Below are positions 27,321-38,196 of a stretch of 64,000 nt of DNA, one piece after another (position 1 is the stretch's first letter; each line of letters opens with the position of its first letter). The notes under the pieces were generated by a model that was not told the origin of the DNA, searched no databases, and saw only the letters and a program-made list of their open reading frames with translations. The DNA is from Yuukianura sp. NJ FZ-2021 (lineage: Eukaryota). Where the stretch lies: positions 11,842,001 to 11,906,000 of the forward strand of contig CM102290.1 in assembly GCA_046563655.1 (NCBI GenBank). Direction: 5' to 3'. The position numbers and the translations under genes are program-made.

Positions 27321-29481
27321 TTTTAACGATTGATGTGGTCAGGATTTGAAAGTGAACTCGGTTGATGAAATCACAGTTTGGCTGACGCAACAATCAAGCG
27401 ACAAATTTCTTCGTAGTCCACAAAAGTAGCAGCTTTGTCTGTTTGGGTAAAAAAAAAACGTAGTGTCAACGAAATCCTCGGTAAACGTTTCTCACAAATC
27501 ACAAATCTAGAATTTACCACAATAGGAAAACTGTAGCTTCGTTCTTTAACAATTTTCGAGTAATCACACTTCAATAAACAACGACATCTGAATAATAATG
27601 TAAGTAATTTATTATAGTATGTCAATTAGAAACAAAAACTGACCTGTCAAGGCAAGAGACACGGATGTGACGGAAACGTTTTGTGGTCTTGTGGTTGTCA
27701 GTTTAATAAGAAGTTGATGAATGAATGATGACAAAGCGTACAACGTGAACGTAGGCGGATCGTCTGTCCAACTCGTACTGAAACCTGAATGAAACTGTAA
27801 TCTGCTGATAGATTTTGCTGGAAGATTTTTAGGCCTGTCTGTGAGTCTGAAACGCGTTATAGTGGCCTCGTTTTTGTATAAGAAATCTAGGAAATCGATA
27901 CTCTGCAAACTCAGCTCGTCGTATCCGTATGTTTATGGCGACGACGAAAACATAAACAACGTCGGACGGGAACAATAGAAGGACGCGATATGTTTGAAGA
28001 TGAGGAACTCGCAGAGTCAAGTGATTCAATTACTCACACTAGTGTGACAAGCAATTTCCCAATTGAGCCTAACTTCTAACGTCGTCAATCCAATTATAAA
28101 CAAACGTTCAGAGTGCGAGAGGATGAAGATAAGAGCCCACTTCAGCGTATACGCTGATGATGAAAAGTGGTCCAAAGTAACGTAATGTCAACTGAAAAGC
28201 AGAAGCGACGAGACATGATAAATACATAAATCCACCTAACTTTTGTACCTAGGTTCATGTATGACTTCCAGGAAAATTTCCAATGGATTTCGTTCCGAAT
28301 CATCAGACACGGCGGAAATATTTTAACAAGTTAACGAAATATTTCAATATAATGTATTCAGTGTACGGTTTTCCCCTGGGATTTGATGCTCTCCCGGAGA
28401 AATTGTTATCAACCAATCCGCAGAGATTTGGAAGCACGCCATTGGTTCTAAAATGAATTGCTTCTAAAAGAGAATTGCTTAGAATATTTAGGATTAAAAA
28501 CAACGAAAATATTAATTTTCTAGCATTGCGGTCATAGGAATGAAATATTTCTGCCATGTCTGATAATAGTGGATCATCAGCATCATGGTTTTTAGGTTTG
28601 GGATGGCGATAATGCTGATCCTGGCACATACTTATTGGATGATTGTCATCGTGTGTTCTGGTTGGATTGGATCTTATATCACACCTAATTGACTATTGTG
28701 TCCCTCGTGATTGATTACGTGATTTTCCAAACGAGGTTTCAAAAGTGCCAATTTGTTTTCTAGGAAATAATGGCTTTGAAGTTGAGCAGCAGTTTGTGAC
28801 ACTGAAAATTGGTGTTTTTTATGATGCCATTTGAAGTGACTTCGGTTTGATAACGGCGTAAACTCATGGAGGCGTGGAGCGTGACGCGTGGCACAAAAGA
28901 TTGTGCAACGCCGAAAATTGCATGACCAAAATCTGGAAGTTCTTTTTGATAAATGATAACAAAGCGAAACTGGAACAAAGAGATGCAATTTCGCCTTGTC
29001 ATGTCAAAATAACAACAGATGTTATTGTTTTGACCAAAGTTTCCAAATTTCGAAACTTTCTGATTACAAAGTTGAGCTTTTTCAAAAGGTTTTGAAGATT
29101 TTGAAACCACAATGCATTGCATTCGTTTTTGATACTGGAAACGCCGAACGAGCAACAAGCATTTTCCACCCCTTAACAACGCTGACGCCGCTTTTAGCGC
29201 TAAAAGCATCTAACCAACGCCCACATCGTACAGATTTCAATTCACAATTTTGAAATTGCAATTGAGTCTGCGGCAGCACTTTTCCAGGAAATACTTGCGC
29301 ATGCGTTAATTGTTAAAGGCTGGTTATGGTTAAAAAACGATTTATTTACCTTAAGGGCAATGATAAAGGTCACTTGGAGGGTCGTAAGTCATCAAAAAAT
29401 TCTGTTAGAATTTGTCAGTCTTGGCAGTACATATTGCGAGGCTAGGCCGACGGCGAAGGACGGTTTCCGTTTAGGCGTCAA

Positions 29482-29880
29482 CAGTGTTGGTGGACGCTTA
29501 AACGTCCAGTGGCTTAATTGCCACTTCCAGTGGATATCCACTGGAAGAAACGCACCCCAAATGGACGAAACTAAAAGTGGATGGAAGAAATCACAAATTT
29601 TGCGCGAAATTCAAATCAATTCAAATTTAAATTTAACGAAATGATATCAGAAAGCTTTACTTTCGCGATTATAGTTAATATATTATTTAAATCGTATTTA
29701 AAAACGATATATACATAGTTTTTGAACTGTGTTTTCACGTTTTTTAGTTGTTTGTAGTCAATCAATTCAAATTCAGAGGGCAAAGCTCCGCCCCTTTGGA
29801 TTCATCCATTTCGTCCATTTCTTCCACTGGATATCCAGCCGTGGATGAAATGTCGAAAAAGTGGATATCCACCAACACTG
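29482..29880. mobile_element. hAT-like MITE, 399 bp
   Basis: 13-bp TIR cagtgttggtgga/tccaccaacactg. Perfect 8-bp TSD ggcgtcaa at 29474-29481 and 29881-29888. Confidence 0.9.
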
Positions 29881-29981
29881 GGCGTCAATAATAATCTCCG
29901 TAATTTCTGCTGTTTGAAAGGCGAGCGGGAGATTCCTTGGTAATTACATAGCTCTGGAACTATCCATCACAGAGCACTCTT

Positions 29982-31481
29982 CTAGTGTGAATTTTGATTA
30001 TGAATTCGAATTTTGCCGCTGTGACGGGTAATTTCAGGTCCAGAGGGGTAATGTCGCTGATGATCTCGTAGAGAGTCGAGCAGTCCACCATTGTTGTTCT
30101 GCCGATGTCGGTGAGAGGAACTTGGACGGTGGTGATCATCTCTGGGATGATACCGATTGTTTCTCGAGTCTTCGTTATGATGTCCGGCAGAACCGTGATT
30201 TACTGTCAGTAACTTCACATGCTAAAAACAAATTCATTATTACAAGTTTTGTTCGGAATTACTAAAGTAATCAATTTGAAAACTAGATAAAGTTGTGCAA
30301 ATGAAGTGACTTACGTCTGAGTAAGCCTCTTCTTGTTTCTTCATTTTCTTTTTGTAGTGTTTCAGATATTTTAGGATGTCTTCATTCTCAGCCTGGAAGA
30401 AACGATCAACTCAGATAAGATTTTTCGATTTACCTACGTTATTATCATAAAAGTGTTCAAAACTTGCCAGTAGATGATCCGAGCTTTTCTCTAGCTGTTT
30501 AGAACTGTGACGAAGTTCCACTACTTTGGTAAAGAATTTACAAAGCAGCCTAAGCTGTTCGTCAGATGACAAGTTAGCCAGTCTAGTCATGATTAGCTGC
30601 TTTGTTTCTTCATGGTCCTTGTAAATAAAACAAAAGCAATGAGATAAGAATGTCGATAGGTAATTCGTAGTGTAAGAATGTCAAATTCAACTAACAAGAA
30701 AATATTTTTACTTTTTCTGGAAACAGCTGAGGTGGACTGGACTCTTTTCCGCAGATGACTTCGTTCTTGTAGTCAATTATCGTGTCAATTGCTTCTATCA
30801 CTTCTTCGCATTCATACAACCATCTAGCATCTTCGTCTGACTCCGTCTAAAGCAGAAACACCATATTGCATCTCAAATTCAATTACTTTCCACACTGTGA
30901 TTACTTTTTAAGACAAATGGTTGTTAAATAACCTGCTTTAGGCGCTGCTTCACTTCTGTTTTGTGGGAAACAAAAATTTCGCGAGCAGTTCTGAGTTCAG
31001 CGATTTCATCCCTGGCCAAATCTATGGTAACTTCTGTTGTGCGTGGTGGAGACATCCGGAACTCTGCCGAATCCTAGAAATACCGTCAAAACTTATTGAA
31101 TGCTCGAGAAACTCACGACCCACGAGCATTTTTTTAGGAGTAACTTTATATTTTTAGGGTCCGGTGGCATACGTATTGTTCCGGTGTATCATGTTGCGTC
31201 TGTTGTTCTTCCTTATCCTCAATTCCCGGTTCCTGTTGTGAATGTGTAGCGAAACTGAACACATAATGTTTATGGTCGCAAAACGTTTCTGCAATCCGGA
31301 CTTTGTTATCCACGGCGGCACGGAATCTAACATTGAATTGTTCCAGATCCTCTGTCTCCTCGGAGTCTTCTGAATCTGAATTATCGTCTTCTTCATCCCA
31401 ACTGTCTGAATTGCCGGCAGAAAATTCATCGTCTTCGTCACAGTCCGAAGTTGACATGGAAGACCTTCGTACATCCGTCAT
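29982..31481 (-). CDS. Costal-2/KIF7/KIF27 C-terminal tail-like protein with an acidic N-terminus and no kinesin motor
   Basis: Six exons (first 31481-31173, second 31073-30933) give ...RDEIAELRTARE...RWLYECEEVIEAIDTIIDYKNEVICG...LIMTRLANLSSDEQLRLLCKFFTKVVELRHSSKQLE...EITRHSGKIRIHNQNSH*. This resembles the Cos2/KIF7 tail motifs as I recall them (EAIEAxDAAIE[Y/F]KNE; LMA[K/R]L..LS..E.R.LL.KYF.KV..LR). Confidence 0.7.
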
Positions 31482-31943
31482 TACCGAATCACCAGAGGTA
31501 TGGAAGAGACCTGGAAAAATGAATGAAATCATCATTGTTTTAGCCACCTTAGGAGGGTTAAACGGTCAAGATTGGCGATCGATAAATTGAAACGTTCGTT
31601 TTACCTTCTGTATCATGAGTTCAAATATCCAACACGAATCGGTATTTATATCTTACCGTGCTATAAATTACTCTATAATTTAAACTTATGAAATTCAACT
31701 GTGAATGAAAATGAAAATGTGGAGTAGGTCGGATTGTTTACATTTTCCACTTGTCTTCTTTACCGCCCCGTGTTCTCACCCCACGCTTGCAACAAAGAAA
31801 ATGTAAAACAATTAGTAGTTGATTAATCTAAGTTTAAACTTTCTGAAACGAAGTTAGCAAAAATTGATAAAAATTTTAGTCAAAACTTTATTCCTTTGTC
31901 AAACTTGGATTTTTTTTAACTTACAGTAGTTAGCAATTAGTCA

Positions 31944-34142
31944 GTAAGTATTTGTGAAATGTGTAAAATAATTAAATAAGTCGTGTTACACGTATTTTTT
32001 GATCGTTTCCAAATTTTGGGGGAATGAAATACCTTTTGAAAGAAAAATTTTGGTGAAAAAAATTTCACCCTAACGCAACCCGTTGCTGAGTTGTGAGAGG
32101 TCAAGGTCGCCATTTTGGAAATGTTCACCCGCGTGTATCTCCGGAGTTTCTTAACCGATTGAGGTCATCTTGGTGTCAAATGAAAGCCCTTAACTTGCTC
32201 CAGATGTGGTTTTTTTCAAAAATTTGGTTAAGGGCCCATGGACCCTTATTCTTTTAAATAAAGGAACTTAGGGGTTTTCAACGTAGAATTTTAATCTTTT
32301 CGTTGTAATAACGTTGAAACAGCGAGACTTGACATAGTGGACCCTTAAGGGCCCCCCTTATGACTTTAAGGGCCCCCTGAAATTTTTCCCCATTTGCTCC
32401 GAAACAACGTTTAAACAAGTTTTTAGTGAAGCAGAAAAAATTTAATGCCACTTTTTACTTCAAGGGCCCCCAAGGGACCCATTTAATTCTATCTAACAAT
32501 GAACTTGGGGACTTGACAATGTTAATGACATTAGATAAAGATTATGCGTTAATGACACTCATAACTCTGGTACAAATGACTACACTTCATTAGCACAGGG
32601 TGAATGGAGGTGTCGAACCAGAGGTGGTAGCCTGCAGGTAAACCTGCGCAGGTTGCAGGCCAACCCGCAGCCCGTGCAGGCGGGCTCAACCTGCGGTGGA
32701 TTTTTGCAGGCTGCAGGCGTGCAGGTTTTGATTTGGAAATGTTGCAGGCGGGCGGGTTCAGCCTGCAATGCTCTGCAGGCGCCTGCAGTTCGCCTGCAGG
32801 CTGCGGGTTGTGATTTTTTGAGAGTTTTATTCTCAGAAACTTCACGAAAAGATAGAAACGAATAGAAAAATTACTTTGAAATGTTGAAGAATTAAAGTCA
32901 ATGGAACTATGCAAACTTTTTGCTGCACATTCGTTGCACTATAGGGCCTTTAAACAATAAAAAATAAATCCAGAGGCAGAAATATGGTTAAGTAAAGTTG
33001 GCGTTACACTTGCCCGTGTAGACTAGGCAAGATTTGACAGTATAACTTTTGCGGATTTTTTTATGTGCAAGGATCAAGAATTTTTAAAAGTTAAACAAAC
33101 CAAAAGTACGGTAGCAGTGTCGTAAAACAATATATTACAAGGAATTTTTCTCCCTACGTGTTTGGAAAGGACAACCGACAGATAATCGAGGGTGATTGAG
33201 TAATTGCCATTATACGCAAACGAATTTACGCAGTAGTTGTAAGTGTATATTAACATTTCCGTAAATAACAGTTCGTATAAAAAAAATTGCAGGCTAACTG
33301 CAGGCAGCCTGCGCAGGCTGCAGGCTGGCCTGCCGAAGACCCTTGCAGGTGCAGGCGTGCAGGCTGCCGATTTTCGATAATTTTGCGGGCTGCAGGCGTG
33401 CAGGCTAAAATTTCGTGCAGTGCAGGCGGGGCGTGTTGGGGAAAATAGTTGCAGGCTACCACCTCTGTGTCGAACTCAGTTGTCTGTTCAAGGCCCCCTA
33501 CGCTTCATATGGGTTCAATGTGATAAATATAACTAGAAATTAATTACATTAACTTTTAGTATCTTCTGCTTTCAATTTTCAATTCATTGTTAGATAGAGA
33601 TAAATGGGTCCCTTGGGGGCCCTTGAAGTAAAAAGTGGCATTAAATTTTTTCTGCTTCACTAAAAACTTGTTTAAACGTTGTTTCGGAGCAAATGGGGAA
33701 AAATTTCAGGGGGCCCTTAAAGTCATAAGGGGGGCCCTTAAGGGTCCACTATGTCAAGTCTCGCTGTTTCAACGTTATTACAACGAAAAGATTAAAATTC
33801 TACGTTGAAAACCCCTAAGTTCCTTTATTTAAAAGAATAAGGGTCCATGGGCCCTTAACCAAATTTTTGAAAAAAACCACATCTGGAGCAAGTTAAGGGC
33901 TTTCATTTGACACCAAGATGACCTCAATCGGTTAAGAAACTCCGGAGATACACGCGGGTGAACATTTCCAAAATGGCGACCTTGACCTCTCACAACTCAG
34001 CAACGGGTTGCGTTAGGGTCAAATTTTTTTCACCAAAATTTTTCTTTCAAAAGGTATTTCATTCCCCCAAAATTTGGAAACGATCAAAAAATACGTGTAA
34101 CACGACTTATTTAATTATTTTACACATTTCACAAATACTTAC
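31944..34142. mobile_element. Foldback-type non-autonomous DNA element with ~560-bp inverted arms
   Basis: 31944-32503 is the near-perfect reverse complement of 33583-34142. The ORF track shows the same spurious 63-aa peptide on opposite strands. No clear TSD beyond a possible TA. Confidence 0.85.
32619..33467. mobile_element. hAT-like non-autonomous element nested in the foldback spacer
   Basis: 18-bp TIR cagaggtggtagcctgca. 8-bp TSD tgtcgaac at 32611-32618 and 33468-33475. Dense subterminal gcagg/cctgc repeats flank an AT-rich core. Confidence 0.92.
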
Positions 34143-34413
34143 ACTAGTGTAAGTGTCAATATGTTTCCTAGAAGTAGCATTATCGATTTCTAATCGTAAA
34201 TCACAACTGCACTTTAGTTTAGTAAAAAGAAAAGTTAATCGGATTGGCCTTACATTTTAGTTTAAAAAAACTTGGCAGTCATCGTTGGAAAGCCAAGTAT
34301 TTTCTGTCGTTTTTTCGACCCTAACATTCGAAATTTATTACACTCGGTTACGTTAACGTTACTTTGTACTTCAAAATTCAAACTTCATATGAAACCATGA
34401 GCAGCAAAAAGAT

Positions 34414-35854
34414 TCAAGATGCAGCGGTAGACGTGGCCGGGCGTTTCATTTTCGGTTTTTTGGCTTGTTCATTTTCAGTCTTGCTAGGCTCCTTAACCTT
34501 GATAAAGACACCATCACAATTTGCTCCATGGTCACTCCACCAACGATCAGATGGACCAGGAGCACGATTCATTGCACGCTTGACCATTCCGTAGAAAGGA
34601 TGTCTATGACGACAGGGACCGTTGCACTGCCACCAGTGCTGTTTGTAATGTCCAACTTCGTCATGGAACGAATGATAAATCTAGAATGAATGAGCATTGT
34701 TATTAGTGTAACATCCATCTTCTACTAAAGTGGTGAAAAGTAATTGAGAAAATAATTCAAGTTTTAATTACAGTAATTTTTGCTCCACTGGCTTTATTGA
34801 TCCGGTGCATGTGCTCCTGGAAGTTGGGTCCATGTCCATCACGATCATGGCTATCACCTTTTCCGGGTTCCAGGAACAGATAAGCGTGAATCATCTCATG
34901 CTGTGTAAAAGTAACATAATGGAATGGAAATTAATCCCAGATGAACTTTAGATTGTCAAGTACTAGTAAATGTTAATTCCTTACCAACAATGTTTCCACA
35001 AGATCCTTGCGTGGACGAAGTTTTAGTAACGGAAGTGAAAGCTTGATACGAATTTCGGAGAATCGTCCGACCCGTTTAAAATAGCACAATCCAGCACAAG
35101 TTGTCATCTTTGAGCTCCATTCAACCGTGACTGTTCCAAGTTTGTCCCAGAAGTAGGTGGCGTTGTAAAGCAAGAACAGAGCATGTATGTCGGGATTAGG
35201 ATCGATCAATTCCCAGGAAGGGTCTATGACCGAAGTTGGTTTGGTTTGGCGATGTTGATATGGATCAAGAGTAGTTAGTGCACGAGATGGAGGTGACCGT
35301 GGTAGAGGAACTGGACGAGTAGACGCAGATTGTGGTAATGGAACAGGTACTGCACGAGACAAGGAAGGAAATGACAGGGTAGGCTCAGTTGGAATTGTAA
35401 TTGCGGCTGGCGCAGGCGTATTCCAAAATTCTCGTCGAGCAGTGATAGCCCCAGCAGCAGCGGGCCCATTCGATGATTTCGGTAAAACAGGCTGATCTTT
35501 GGAACGGAATATTGGCCAGAGATCCTTCCCTGGGCTGGATTTGGAAGTGCCTGGAGTGGTATCGCTTTGTTCCTTTCCATTAGATTTAGTTTCAATTCCA
35601 AGGAGCGACTTTGGAAAAACTTGCCATCCGTTTTCATCGACATCGATCTCAACAATTTCAGTCTTTGTACGTTTCGTGTGTCCATTACGTAACTCATCTC
35701 CTTCATGTTGATCGAGCAGTTCATGAGTCGACTCCTCTCCCTTTCTTGATGAAATAGGCTTGTTGGAAGCATTGCCGTTTCCAGCTACCATGATCTCTGC
35801 CGGAATCACTTGCCAACCATCATCATCGAGTTCAATCACTTCCACGGAATCCAT
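34414..35854 (-). CDS. SPRTN: SprT-domain metalloprotease of the Spartan type, ~421 aa
   Basis: Exons 35854-34985, 34900-34772, 34680-34414. Reads DPSWELIDPNPDIHALF...WSSKMTTCAGLC...LSLPLLKLRPRKDLVETLL|HEMIHAYLF (HExxH) ...GHGPNF...HWWQCNGPC...VKRAMNRAP...WWSDH...C.G.FIKVKEP. Confidence 0.88.
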
Positions 35855-37046
35855 CTAAAAATTAAAGGGAATCAAAAAATTCATAAATGAACCAGTAGTG
35901 AAGAGAAGATTTTGAAATCCCAAACTGTAAAACACCAACATATTAAAATAAAAACCACATTTAGGAATAATTAGTAAAGATTGTACTTTTAATTACTAAT
36001 TAAAAAGAAAAGCTGCAACGATCAAATTCAAACCATCATACAGCAGACAGCAACAGGATTTTGGGTGGGACTCGTTCGTGGGACTTACCTTTTCAGTTTC
36101 CGCTTTCAAGACCAAAACTTTGCTGTATGCTGTGTATTCAGCGTCAATCCAGTGGCAACAGGATCTAGAAATTCAAACGCATTGGAGTGATCCTTAGTCT
36201 TAGAGTACTTAGCAATCAGTGGTTGTGTTTGACTAAAATTTGTCAATCGATACTCGAAAAAGCTGGATTTGTGCGACACGATACGATAAGATTGAACTGA
36301 TTGAAGATTGAAATAAGTTCGATTCGTTTGTGTTTCTGTTTCTGTTTTCCTGTACTTTATGTTTAAAAATTTTGGCGGGAAGAGAAAAGAGAAGTCGAGA
36401 AATGACATTTTGTGGTTACGTTTGGTACTCATAATGTCTGGTTTGCAATTGATTACTACTGTAATTAAGTATTGTATAACTGTAATAATTAAGTGGCCTT
36501 TATTTAAAGTAATTAAATATTTATGCTACGTGAGCTTAGATTTTGTTAAGTTTATGTTTTAGTTAGGTTAATTTGTACACCTCCGTTTATTGTTCTAAGT
36601 TTTCGTGGTAATGATTCGAACAGCGGGAATTGCGGAAATTTGAACAACAATGTGCAAAAATTCTTCCGCGAAATAGGACATGGACAACAGGAGAGGTCAA
36701 GAATTTGCATCTGTTTCGTTCCTCAGTTGCATTCTTGGCTTGACGTTGGACACTTGCTGTGCTATCCGAATCTGCAGTGGTCACGTCACATTCGTGTATT
36801 CAGCAACAAACAGCATCGGTGAAGGGGTGAATTGTCAAGGACAATTTGTCGGTACGTAACGTGTCAAGCGACTTAAAAATCTCAAGTTCGTGGGTTACAC
36901 GTTACACCTCTCCAAGAGTCTCCAGTTAATTGTTACTGGTAATTGGTAAAGTAGTCCGTTGTATTTTGTTCGTGTAATAAGGTTTCAAAACAAATTATAG
37001 TTGGAATTAACTAAACGGACCTTTTCCATATATTTTCAGGTTCAAA

Positions 37047-38196
37047 ATGCCGGTAGATCTCAAAGGAATCGGAGCCTTCTTAAAAGATGAAACCAAACCA
37101 CTGAAAGCACGCTTTCGAGCTCTCTTCACTCTCAAAAATATCAACACTCCAGAATGCGTGGAACTCATTGGTGACTGTTTTGGGGATACCTCTGATCTTC
37201 TAAAACACGAACTCGCCTACTGTCTGGGTCAAATGGGTCGCCGTGAGGCTATTCCAATTTTGGCCAAATTGTTGCAAGACAAGACTACATCTGTGATTGT
37301 TCGGCACGAAGCGGGTAAGGCATTTACTCATATTATTGATTTTCCTTGCAGTTTGTACGTTCAAAATACGAATTCATTTGTATGTTTAAGGGGAAGCTCT
37401 TGGAGCAATTGGGGGCGAAGAGTGTGCGAAGATCGTGTCAAAGTATTTGGACGATGAAGCTCCGGATGTAGCCGAAACTTGCTTTTTGGCTTCAGTTCGA
37501 AGCAGAATAGAAGCGGATCACGGCAGTAAAGTCAATGGAGAGGCAAAAGTCCAGAACGAAGTTTTTGGAACTATTGACCCTGCCTTGCCATTGGAAGGAG
37601 TCACAGACATTGAAGAATTGGGCAGAATTGCCTTGAACCCTTACGCTGGAAGCTACACTCGTTACGCTGCTTTGTTCAAACTTCGTGATTTGAACAACGT
37701 CGAGTCTGCTTTGGTGCTAGGAAAATGTAAGTATTTCGCCGAGTTCAAGGTTTAACTCAACATGCTCAATGAATTTTACTTGTTCAGGCTTAAATTGTTT
37801 GAAATCTACTGCTCTGCAACGGCATGAAGTTGCTTTCATTTTGGGCCAAATCCGTCAAGAATGTACCATTGATGCACTTGCTGAGCGTCTAAGCGATCTT
37901 ACTGAAAGCTCCATGGTAACTGATGTTATTTCTTTCAATTACGTACTTTACATTATGTACATTCCGCTTGATTACATTGTGCTTTTTGTTCTGTCTTCTG
38001 AACATAGGTTCGTCACGAGTGTGCTGAAGCCCTTGGGTCAATTGGTACTACGGAGTGTATGGATCTGTTGAAAAAGTACTTGTCTGACACGGAGAGGATT
38101 GTAAGAGAAAGCTGTGAAGTGGCCTTGGACATGTGTGAATACGCCACAACTGATGAATTCGAGTATGCCAATGGCTTGTCACTCAATAGCTCTTGA
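37047..38196 (+). CDS. DOHH: Deoxyhypusine hydroxylase
   Basis: Exons 37047-37314, 37391-37726, 37788-37915, 38008-38196. Contains [10 protein letters not shown] and four HE motifs ([42 protein letters not shown]), plus [11 protein letters not shown]. Confidence 0.95.

Noticed and set aside
28303..29279. Cluster of short ORFs with faint zinc-finger or hAT-like words (KIWKFF, DPLL)
   Set aside because: No complete BED or hAT motif in any frame and no TIR or TSD found.
31605..31616. ATG ATA CAG AAG micro-exon as the start of the Cos2-tail gene
   Set aside because: It is out of phase with the next exon and reaches a stop within ten codons; it is a uORF at most.
31937..34152. Two near-identical 63/64-aa ORFs (MNISKMATL...) on opposite strands
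   Set aside because: They are a by-product of the foldback arms, start with GTG and have no protein features.
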